Source of the DNA: an uncultured Chloroflexota bacterium
GTDB taxonomy: Bacteria; Chloroflexota; Dehalococcoidia; Dehalococcoidales; RBG-16-60-22
Assembly (NCBI GenBank): GCA_903915565.1
Contig: CAIWTG010000147.1
Span: 1 to 38,985 of the forward strand
Reading direction: 5' to 3'
Length of the DNA stretch: 38,985 nucleotides
Shown here: positions 17,357-25,146 of the stretch, one piece after another
Numbering within the stretch: the stretch's first letter is position 1
Layout of the letters: every line of letters begins with the position of its first letter
Program-made: the position numbers and the translations under genes
The notes under the pieces: generated by a model
Seen by the model: the letters and a program-made list of their open reading frames with translations, nothing else
Told to the model about the DNA's origin: nothing
Databases searched by the model: none

Positions 17357-17689
17357 ATGAATATCTACGTAGGTAATCTATCGCTTGAAACTACCGAGGA
17401 TGAGCTCCGTCAAGCCTTCACGGCTTTCGGTGAAGTGGCCTCGGTAACTATTATGAACGATAAGTACATCGGCAGCGGCCAAACTAGCGGCTACGGATAC
17501 GTAGAAATGATATCTAAGCCGGCAGGGCTGGCCGCTATCGCCGGTCTGGCCGGAACAAAGGTCGGCAACCGGTTTATCCGCATTGTTGAAGCCCTGCCCC
17601 TTTCCGAAAATAGCGGTAAACCCTTTCCCATTAAAATAAAACCCAACCGCCCCAGCCGCAGCCGGCAAAGGTCGGTCAAGGCTAACTAA
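17357..17689 (+). CDS. RRM-type RNA-binding protein (second paralog, basic tail)
   Basis: Start re-called to the ATG at 17357 (MNIYVGNLS, RNP2). The RNP1 is degenerate (SGYGYVEM). The tail is basic (KIKPNRPSRSRQRSVKAN) rather than RGG. Confidence 0.75.
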   Translation: MNIYVGNLSLETTEDELRQAFTAFGEVASVTIMNDKYIGSGQTSGYGYVEMISKPAGLAAIAGLAGTKVGNRFIRIVEALPLSENSGKPFPIKIKPNRPSRSRQRSVKAN

Positions 17690-17710
17690 TCCTTCCACCC
17701 GGTTACTGCT

Positions 17711-18499
17711 TTACGCTTCTTTGACCCGCCTTGAAGGTCCTGACGGCGCGGAAACTTCCAGCACTTGCCCGGAAAGTTTATTAGAAACATCCGATACTAA
17801 AAACGCCACCGCTTGGGCGATATCCTCCGGGGTGGTGGTCTTGCCTGCTTGCGCTAACGTCTCCACGATTTTAGACATGGCTGGGTCGTTGCCGGAGGCT
17901 TTATGGAAGTTGGTGTTCCCCGGTCCCGGAGCGATGATATTGATGTTTATCCCGTTAGCCCCAACCTCCCCCGCTAAAGTCTTACTGAACATTACCGTCC
18001 CCGCCTTGGCCGCCACATAAGCGGTAGAACCTGCCAAACCCGTCGGCTGGTGGGCGGCGTGGGTGGAAAAGTTCACGATTTTGCCGTACTGCCTTTCCAG
18101 CATATGCGGCAGCACCGCCTGCGTGAAATTCATCGTTCCTTTGAGGTTGGTATTAATATCAATGTCCCAGTGCTCGGCGGTCATGGTTACAAAGGGCCGC
18201 AAGCCGCTGGCGCGCCCGGCGCAGTTCACCAGGATGTCTATTTTCTTAAATTCCTCCAGCGCTTTTTTAACGACCGTGTCAATTTCCTGACGATTGGTGA
18301 TATCCGCCTTAAAAGCCAGGGCTTGGCGTCCCAGTTTTTTAACGTCGTCCGCCGTTTGCTGCGCCCCCTTTAAATCCACATCCACGCTAACGATATGGCA
18401 GCCTTCTTTCGCCAGCACTAAAGCAATGCCCCGGCCAAAGCCTATCTGGCTGCCGGTGCCGGTCACAATCGCTACTTTATCGGTTAATTTTAAGTCCAT
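17711..18499 (-). CDS. SDR family oxidoreductase
   Basis: VTGTGSQIGFGRGIA, NCAG, and YVAAKAG (YxxxK). RBS AAGGAGG. Confidence 0.85.
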   Translation of the reverse strand: MDLKLTDKVAIVTGTGSQIGFGRGIALVLAKEGCHIVSVDVDLKGAQQTADDVKKLGRQALAFKADITNRQEIDTVVKKALEEFKKIDILVNCAGRASGLRPFVTMTAEHWDIDINTNLKGTMNFTQAVLPHMLERQYGKIVNFSTHAAHQPTGLAGSTAYVAAKAGTVMFSKTLAGEVGANGININIIAPGPGNTNFHKASGNDPAMSKIVETLAQAGKTTTPEDIAQAVAFLVSDVSNKLSGQVLEVSAPSGPSRRVKEA

Positions 18500-18551
18500 A
18501 AAACCCTCCTTAATTAGTCAACCGGGCTTTTTGTATTATATACTTTAGCGT

Positions 18552-19097
18552 ATGGTAAAAGCGAAAAAAATCATCGGCATTGGCGGGTCGCCGCGCCGGG
18601 GCAATTCCGAGTGGATGTTAACGACCCTCGGTGCCAAGTTGACGCAGCTAGGGGCGGATGTAGAGATACTGCTGCTGCGGAAAATGGACATTAAGATGTG
18701 CCGCGGCTGTCTCGCCTGTGAAAAAGGCGGCAAGGAGCGTCAAGGCGACTGTGCTATTAAGGACGGCATGGCTGCGATTTATCCCAAACTGCTGGCGGCG
18801 GATGCTATAGTTTTAGCCACCCCCGGCTACATGGGAATGCTCTCCGGCCTGTTGAAAAACTTCCTCGACCGGACGTGCGCCGTCTGGCCACGTCTCGCCG
18901 GTAAACGCCTCGCCGGACTGGCGGTGGCTGAAGAAGACACTTTCCAGACTATGGATAATTTGAAAAGCTATGGAAAGCTGCTGAAAATGCGCTGGGTGGG
19001 GGGTGTTAAAGCGCTGGCTAAAAACCCCACCGACGCCTCCCGTATTCACGGGCTGGAAAAACGACTAAAGCAACTGGCGAAAAAGATAGCTGGTTAA
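18552..19097 (+). CDS. Iron-sulfur flavoprotein / NADPH-dependent FMN reductase family
   Basis: Flavodoxin-like GIGGSPRRGNSE start and a compact Cys motif CRGCLACEKGGKERQGDC, as in Isf proteins. ATPGYMGMLSG is the FMN loop. Confidence 0.7.
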   Translation: MVKAKKIIGIGGSPRRGNSEWMLTTLGAKLTQLGADVEILLLRKMDIKMCRGCLACEKGGKERQGDCAIKDGMAAIYPKLLAADAIVLATPGYMGMLSGLLKNFLDRTCAVWPRLAGKRLAGLAVAEEDTFQTMDNLKSYGKLLKMRWVGGVKALAKNPTDASRIHGLEKRLKQLAKKIAG

Positions 19098-19102
19098 AAA
19101 AC

Positions 19103-19125
19103 GGGGCGCGCCCATGGCGCGCCCC
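19103..19125 (-). terminator. GC-rich palindromic hairpin, probably the terminator for the minus-strand gene
   Basis: GGGGCGCGCC-CAT-GGCGCGCCCC perfect 10-bp stem. On the minus strand it is followed by GTTTTTTAACC. No T-run follows on the plus strand. Confidence 0.6.
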
Positions 19126-19144
19126 ATCAATTCCTTGTTTATTC

Positions 19145-20107
19145 TTATTTCTTTTTAGGCGGCTTGGCTGGCGGACGCTGCCCGACCTGCATACGCTTGC
19201 CGTCCGGACCGAAGAAACTGCCAGCCCATCCTTCCATAACCGTCCCTGCCCCCAGCATAATAGCCATCTCGATATGCGGGTGACGGAACTTATGCCAGAC
19301 TAGTGGACCGTGCATCACGCCCTTAGGAATCCACATGCCGAAGCTGGTGTTAAAGATGAGCTGCTCGTTGCCCAGGTCGAACTCCAGGTCAGCCCCCAAA
19401 TCCTCCGGATTGTTATAGTCGCCGCCGATATGCAGCACTATCTCGTCCTTTTCATCATGCACCATCTTAGGCAAATTGGGGCTGACGACATCATAAATCC
19501 AGCCCCACTCAATGTAGGTATTAGCCACACCAATCTGCGTGCGGCTCATGTAAGTCATCGTCGGGCTCTGACGCCCCTTTTGTCCCGGCCCAGCTTCGCG
19601 CATCGGGCTGCGGATGACGTACTGCTCGTAGTCGAAGTCCTTTTCTTTTATCATGGGCTTTTTATTGCCCTCCGTGATATCTTTGCCATAGGCTTTGGCC
19701 GGGTCGCCGGTGCCCAAAATGAACGACATCTGCATGTGTGGGTATTGGAACTTCTTCCAGGTGACGGGGCCGTGGGGCGTGCCTTTGGGGATACACATAC
19801 TGGTGGTCGTATTGAAGGTGATGGGCTGTCCGCCGATGTAAAACTCTATCTCCCCGCCGAGCACCTGTGGATTCTTGGTGTCGCTGCCGTAAAAGAGCAG
19901 AATTTCATCGTAGTCGTGGACGTGCTCCCTGACGCAGGGGTTCGGCTTGGGGATACCGTATACCCACCCCAGCGTAATATAATACGGCGCGCCGCATTGC
20001 TTTTGGCTGATATAGGTCATCCTCGGGCTCTGGCGATTCTTGACGCCGACGCCTACTTCATAAACAGGTTTCCTGACCGCGTATTTTTCAAATTTTGATG
20101 CCGCCAT
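19145..20107 (-). CDS. Bicupin-like protein of unknown function (internal tandem duplication)
   Basis: Two units of about 154 aa share RQSP.MTY.S, W.Y, VHD...DEI.L..GG, FNT and IPKG..HGP..W.KF..PH..M...LG.G. Unit 1 has the cupin motif HVHDYDE. The C-terminus is basic (RPPAKPPKKK). RBS AAGGAG. Confidence 0.6.
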   Translation of the reverse strand: MAASKFEKYAVRKPVYEVGVGVKNRQSPRMTYISQKQCGAPYYITLGWVYGIPKPNPCVREHVHDYDEILLFYGSDTKNPQVLGGEIEFYIGGQPITFNTTTSMCIPKGTPHGPVTWKKFQYPHMQMSFILGTGDPAKAYGKDITEGNKKPMIKEKDFDYEQYVIRSPMREAGPGQKGRQSPTMTYMSRTQIGVANTYIEWGWIYDVVSPNLPKMVHDEKDEIVLHIGGDYNNPEDLGADLEFDLGNEQLIFNTSFGMWIPKGVMHGPLVWHKFRHPHIEMAIMLGAGTVMEGWAGSFFGPDGKRMQVGQRPPAKPPKKK

Positions 20108-20232
20108 AAAAATGACTCCTTTCCGCTTTAATTTTTGGTTGTTTACAGCCCCAGAAATCGACAGTATTGTAGCATATGTGTTATAATTCCGCCAGCAAAC
20201 TACATCAAATCTTATTTCCGGAGGACTACACT

Positions 20233-21492
20233 ATGGCTCGCTTCACTTTTGAAGGAAAAACTGGCAAACAGCTGCGTAAAGAGCGCGAAACAAGAATCAT
20301 GAATGCCATCCAGCTCAAGCCGACGGACCGGGTGCCGGTCATTAGCTCCATCGGTTATTTCCCCGCTAAATACGTGGGTATTCCCTGCTCCGCCGCTTAT
20401 TACGACTTTGAAGCTTGGTACGACGCTTATGAGAGAACACTGCCGGACTTTCAGGCTGATATAATTTACTCCCAGCCTTTTACCCCGGGTAAAGCCCTGG
20501 AGATTCTCGCCCCTAAAACAATGCGCTGGCCGGGGCACGGCGTAGACCCGAATCAGGGACATCAGGCTATAGAAATCGATAACCTGAAAGCAGATGAATA
20601 CGACGCCTATATGCAAGACCCCTCCGACTTTATGTTCCGCATTTTCCTTTCCCGCCTCAGTGATAACCTGGCGGGCATGGCGGATATCCCCAAACTTTCC
20701 GATATCGCCGGGCAAATGGGGGCGCAGGCAATCGCTTTAGCCTTCTCCGAACCTAAAGTCGCCAAGGCTATCAACACGCTGCAAAAAGCCGGACGCGAAA
20801 TGCGCAAGTGGCAGCGGAAGATAAAGAAGTTCAACCAGCTGATGCTGGATATGGGCTTCCCGCCCTATTTCCAGGGCGCGGCAATGCCCCCCTTCGACGT
20901 GATTTCCCACTCCATGCGCGGTATGAGCGGGACGATGATGGATATGTTCCGCCAGCCGGAAAAAATCGAGGAAATGTGCGAGTTTCTCCTCAAAAGAACG
21001 CTGGAAAGACCCAAGCCCGAGCCGAACGAAAACGGCTATTACCGGATTTTCATGACCAATACCCGCGGCTCCGATGAATTCATGTCCATGGCGCAGTTCA
21101 AGCGGTTCTACTGGCCGACCTTTAGGCGTCTGGTGCTGGGGCTGATTGAAAAAGGACTAACGCCCTGCATCTTCTTCGAGGGCAACTTTACCTCCCGGCT
21201 GGAATACCTGCTGGAGTTCCCCAAGGGCTCATTGCTGGCGCGCTTTGATACCACGGATATCTTTAGAGCCAAGGACGTCCTGAAAGACCATATCTGCATC
21301 GAGGGTAACGTGCCGTCTTCGTTATTGCAGGTGGGAAGCAAAGAGGACGTCATAGCCCACTGCAAGAAGTTGATTGATTATTGCGGCAAGGGCGGCGGCT
21401 ATATAATTTCGCCGCGCTCCTCCACCGACGAGGTCAAGCCGGAAAACCTCAAAGCCATGATTCAGGTCGCCAAAGAGTACGGCAAGTATTAG
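20233..21492 (+). CDS. Uroporphyrinogen decarboxylase (UroD/MtaA-like) family protein
   Basis: Start re-called to the ATG at 20233, behind RBS GGAGG. It is a paralog of the gene at 1..1119. The C-terminal CIEGNVP....G..EDV...CKKLIDYCGKGGGYIISP pattern is typical of the UroD/methylcobamide methyltransferase fold. Confidence 0.75.
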   Translation: MARFTFEGKTGKQLRKERETRIMNAIQLKPTDRVPVISSIGYFPAKYVGIPCSAAYYDFEAWYDAYERTLPDFQADIIYSQPFTPGKALEILAPKTMRWPGHGVDPNQGHQAIEIDNLKADEYDAYMQDPSDFMFRIFLSRLSDNLAGMADIPKLSDIAGQMGAQAIALAFSEPKVAKAINTLQKAGREMRKWQRKIKKFNQLMLDMGFPPYFQGAAMPPFDVISHSMRGMSGTMMDMFRQPEKIEEMCEFLLKRTLERPKPEPNENGYYRIFMTNTRGSDEFMSMAQFKRFYWPTFRRLVLGLIEKGLTPCIFFEGNFTSRLEYLLEFPKGSLLARFDTTDIFRAKDVLKDHICIEGNVPSSLLQVGSKEDVIAHCKKLIDYCGKGGGYIISPRSSTDEVKPENLKAMIQVAKEYGKY

Positions 21493-22617
21493 TTAATCCA
21501 GCTCATAAAAGCCGCCATACGCCCCGACGGGTATCTTACGGCCTTTACCTAACTCAACGGGCGGGCCGGTCGGTATCCTCATCTGGCGCTCGTGGAACCA
21601 TTCCGGCGGTTTCACCAGTTCGTAACGCATGGCTTTTTGCTTGCAGCCTACAATACAGACGCCGCAGCCTTTGCAGTTTTCGTTTATGATTTGCGCTTTT
21701 TGTTTTTTCGAGCCGGGCACCGGCACCATCTCAATGGCTTTAAAGGGGCACCGTTTCATACAAACCTGACACCCCGTGCAGAGGTCTTCATCCACCACCG
21801 CCAGGTAGCGGTTGGGCTCTACCAGGTCGAGCCGGTTGTACTGCGTGTATGAATAAAGCATTTCACACGCGTCCGGACAGCAATAGCACACGCCCCAGTG
21901 AATCAGCCCGATTTCTTCATTCTTGCGCACAATCTGCAGCGTTTCTTCTTCTGAAATTTCTTTAAGCAAACGCCCCGGCTTATCCAGGTAGTATTCACCG
22001 CGGGAATTATCAAAGCAGGCAAAACAGGTCATCACCGGGTGGGTGCACTTGCCCCAAAGAGTGCGGCAGCCGCAGGGAGCCACGATTCTCCGCTTGGCGG
22101 CATGAATCTGCATTTTCCAGTTTTCGCCAGGGAGGATTTGCTCCGGCTTTATATTCGGACTAAGTTCAAGCGCGCCGATGGCCGGCGTCAACATAATGCC
22201 GTGCACGCCCGCCTGCTTACGGTCGCTGGCTTGCTTGACCCAGAGTTCCGCCCACTCGTTGAAGAAGAAGTCCGCCCACAGGTCTTTAACCTTTTGACTG
22301 ATGGCGTGCGAACCGGCGTGGACGCCCGTATCCGCTACATCATGGTGGAGACCCAGAAGATTGGTGTGGAAGGCGAACTGCGTCTTGCCGCGCGTTAATA
22401 ACCCTTTGGCTACCAGGTTGTCCAGGCTTTTCGCCACATCCTTTTCATCCATGCCCGTCCGGCTGGCGACTGCCTGGCAGGTATCGGGGAGGAAAAGCTC
22501 AAGGCAAATCCTGGCTTCGTCCGGCGTGAACATCGCCTCAAGGATATTCATAAAGCGCTGGGACGTTGGCGCCTGCAGTTTTTTAGCTAAATCAGTATAG
22601 ATATCGGTCTGGCTCAT
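21493..22617 (-). CDS. Cys-rich Fe-S protein with a C-terminal 2x[4Fe-4S] ferredoxin domain and a possible N-terminal winged-helix domain
   Basis: CTGCQVCMKRCP and CKGCGVCIVGC ferredoxin motifs. There are extra Cys clusters (APCGCRTLWGKCTHPVMTCFAC; WGVCYCCPDAC). The N-terminal segment (AVASRTGMDEKDVAKSLDNLVAKGLL) looks HTH-like. RBS GAGGAG. Confidence 0.6.
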   Translation of the reverse strand: MSQTDIYTDLAKKLQAPTSQRFMNILEAMFTPDEARICLELFLPDTCQAVASRTGMDEKDVAKSLDNLVAKGLLTRGKTQFAFHTNLLGLHHDVADTGVHAGSHAISQKVKDLWADFFFNEWAELWVKQASDRKQAGVHGIMLTPAIGALELSPNIKPEQILPGENWKMQIHAAKRRIVAPCGCRTLWGKCTHPVMTCFACFDNSRGEYYLDKPGRLLKEISEEETLQIVRKNEEIGLIHWGVCYCCPDACEMLYSYTQYNRLDLVEPNRYLAVVDEDLCTGCQVCMKRCPFKAIEMVPVPGSKKQKAQIINENCKGCGVCIVGCKQKAMRYELVKPPEWFHERQMRIPTGPPVELGKGRKIPVGAYGGFYELD

Positions 22618-22630
22618 TGTATAACTCCTC

Positions 22631-23689
22631 TCACTTTTCCGTTTTGTCTTTAGCAGTACGTTTTAACACCCGCATGGCTCTCAAGGTTACCCATTTATTG
22701 GGCTTACCCATAGTACCGTATTTAACCCACATTTTGTGGCTATTATCAACAAACTCTAACGGCCATCTGCCATTGTCATCCTGTTTTTTTCTTATCAAGT
22801 CCAGTGTATTGGCCAGTCGGGGGTCCGCGCCGTAGCCTAAAGCGGTAAAGGCTTCCGCAATCTGCAGGATATCCGCCCCCCAAAAGCTGGGGAATCTGAA
22901 CTGCCACCACCTTGGGTCCGGGGTTCCTATCCGGTGGCCGGGGAATTCGGCTTTAGAGGGGTCGCCGGTCAAGAAAAAATCCACCCCGATATCTATGGCC
23001 CGTTTAATCAGGTCAGTCCTACGCTCAACGGGCAGGCGTGAAAATGCCATCATTACCTTTAGCGCCGCCCAGGAGCAGGGCAAATCACTATTCGTGCGGC
23101 AGGCAAACAGGGGACCAAATCGGTCCAGGTAACGGAACGGCCCCGGAACACCCTCTGCTGGGGCTAACCCGTCGCGGTTTATTTTCCGGGGCATATCCTT
23201 ATATGTCACTGTTCGGCCCATCCAATCGTAAGCGATATCCAGTCTTTTGTCTTTACAGCCCAAATCCATTAGAGATAAAAGCATGTTGCCCTGAAGGCAG
23301 TCGGCTGTACTGGCAGCACCACCGGCAGGTGTAAACTGGCCTCCCTTGGCTAAAGCGTGGGACAGATAGTAAGCGCAGGCAGTGCCGACACGTTTATCCT
23401 CCTCGATAGAGGCTCCTAGTTCAGCCAGCGAGATGAGCGACCACACGATACTCAAGCACTTGGGACCGTAGCCGGGGCCGGGTTTTACCCAATAACCCTC
23501 CGGGTTCATGTTATCCAGTATCACGGCAATCGGGCCTTCGCGGTGGGCTTTACGCCGGGCAGCTTTAACTTCTTTCTCGTCGGCGTCAACAATATCCCTT
23601 AACGCCAAATACCTGACGCCGGGGTCGCTTTCCTCCAGCAGCCAATCGGTGGGGTCGGCTTTAAGGAGTTTTTTCCAGTTCTGTTGCAT
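22631..23689 (-). CDS. Alpha/alpha-toroid-like (prenyltransferase/squalene-oxidase-repeat-like) protein, function unknown
   Basis: Start re-called to the ATG at 23689 (MQQNWKKLL). The N-terminal LLEESDPGVRYLALRDIV motif and aromatic-rich repeats (GYW, WSL, RWP) resemble this family. Assigned from memory only. Confidence 0.4.
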   Translation of the reverse strand: MQQNWKKLLKADPTDWLLEESDPGVRYLALRDIVDADEKEVKAARRKAHREGPIAVILDNMNPEGYWVKPGPGYGPKCLSIVWSLISLAELGASIEEDKRVGTACAYYLSHALAKGGQFTPAGGAASTADCLQGNMLLSLMDLGCKDKRLDIAYDWMGRTVTYKDMPRKINRDGLAPAEGVPGPFRYLDRFGPLFACRTNSDLPCSWAALKVMMAFSRLPVERRTDLIKRAIDIGVDFFLTGDPSKAEFPGHRIGTPDPRWWQFRFPSFWGADILQIAEAFTALGYGADPRLANTLDLIRKKQDDNGRWPLEFVDNSHKMWVKYGTMGKPNKWVTLRAMRVLKRTAKDKTEK

Positions 23690-23816
23690 CGCTTTTCTCT
23701 CACGGGAATAATACCATAAACAGATTAGAAAAATCTCGCTGGCTAAAAAACGAACGCCTTGCAGTGCCCCGCGCAAACTTGGTAAACTTTAAGCGATTTG
23801 TTCTAGGAGGGCGCCG

Positions 23817-24668
23817 ATGGAAGTAAGAGTTAATAATCACGGGAAAGATGCGCTGTCAACCAAAGTATTTTTCAGCGACGAAAGCGGTTTTTCCGTCGCT
23901 TCGGTTATCGTCATGGGCCAGAACGATGCCGCCGTTCTTGATACACAGTGGACCTTAGCCAACGGCCACCGCGTCGCGGCAGAAATATTTGAAACCGGCA
24001 AGAACCTGAAATACATTTACGTTTCCCACGCCCACCCCGACCATTACTTCGGGCTGGGGCCTATCGCTGAAGCCTTCCCCGAGGCCAAAGTCATCGCCCT
24101 CCCCATAACAGCCCGTACGATTAATAAGCAGATGTACGGTAAGGTAGGCTATTGGAAAGACATTATCGGACCGACCAATACGCCGACCAAAGCGGTCAAT
24201 ATTGAACCAATGACGAAAAACTATTTTGAGCTGGAGGGCCAGCGCCTCGAGATTATTCCGGAACTGATGGGCGATATGAAGAATAACACCGCGGTCTGGA
24301 TTCCTTCTATTAAAACACTTTATGCCAGCGACGTCCTCTTTAACCAGGCGCACCCCTTTACCTGCGAGCTGACGACGGAAAACCGACAGCAGTGGATTAA
24401 AGACATCGGGCGACTGGAGAAAATGGGGGCGGATGTGATTATCCCGGGGCACCAGAAACCGGGAATGCCCTTCGATTATTCCAGCTTTGATTTTATGAGG
24501 GACTACCTGCAAGCCACCGAAGAAGAGCTGGTCAACACGAAGGAAACCGGCGAGTTTTTCTTAGCCATGGCCAAACGGTTCCCCGCGGCCAACCTTATCT
24601 TCTTAAGCAACGAGATGAACTCCGCCGTCTTTAAGGGCGGGCGGGACTGGCACTGGGCAGACGAATAA
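23817..24668 (+). CDS. MBL-fold metallo-hydrolase
   Basis: The HxHxDH motif (SHAHPDHYFG) follows a beta-lactamase-fold N-terminus, with a later HQ and D. RBS AGGAGG. Confidence 0.8.
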   Translation: MEVRVNNHGKDALSTKVFFSDESGFSVASVIVMGQNDAAVLDTQWTLANGHRVAAEIFETGKNLKYIYVSHAHPDHYFGLGPIAEAFPEAKVIALPITARTINKQMYGKVGYWKDIIGPTNTPTKAVNIEPMTKNYFELEGQRLEIIPELMGDMKNNTAVWIPSIKTLYASDVLFNQAHPFTCELTTENRQQWIKDIGRLEKMGADVIIPGHQKPGMPFDYSSFDFMRDYLQATEEELVNTKETGEFFLAMAKRFPAANLIFLSNEMNSAVFKGGRDWHWADE

Positions 24669-24863
24669 GTTCTCCACCACCCCGCTGTAAAACCCGCCGA
24701 AAAATTCACAATATTCATCAAAAAACAGGTATTCCTTGCACTTTAGCCGCTTTGTGATAGTTTGAAGCTAAAATAGGTATCTTTTGATGCCTGCAGCTAT
24801 TGACAAATAACCCCAGTTTTGTTACTCTGCTAGGCAAAGATATTAGTGCCCAGGAGGTGCAAA

Positions 24864-25004
24864 ATGCAGGCTTATTGCATGAAATGCCGGAAGAAAGTTG
24901 AAATGAGCAGCCCCAAAGCGGTCACTCTAAAAAACAAGCGACCGGCCACCCAGGGCGCCTGTCCCAAGTGCGGAACCAAGATTTTCCGCATTGGCAAGGG
25001 CTAA
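24864..25004 (+). CDS. Small zinc-ribbon protein (DUF5679-like), 46 aa, absent from the ORF track
   Basis: It encodes MQAYCMKCRKKVEMSSPKAVTLKNKRPATQGACPKCGTKIFRIGKG with CxxC...CxxC. RBS AGGAGG lies 7 nt upstream. TTGACA-17-TACTCT lies upstream and a terminator hairpin lies downstream. Confidence 0.7.
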   Translation: MQAYCMKCRKKVEMSSPKAVTLKNKRPATQGACPKCGTKIFRIGKG

Positions 25005-25112
25005 TTATACTTCTATTTCCAGCTTTAACAACACTAATGGTTTCCTTTTAATAGAAAAGGAGGCTGGGTAAGAAAGCGAACTTATCTGGGGTATAAAAAT
25101 GTATGCTAAAAT

Positions 25113-25146
25113 AAGGCACTGTGAATGCAGTGCCTTTAGTTTTTTT
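25113..25146. terminator. Intrinsic terminator between convergent genes
   Basis: AAGGCACTG-TGAA-TGCAGTGCCTT hairpin followed by TAGTTTTTTT, which overlaps the cysS stop. Confidence 0.7.
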
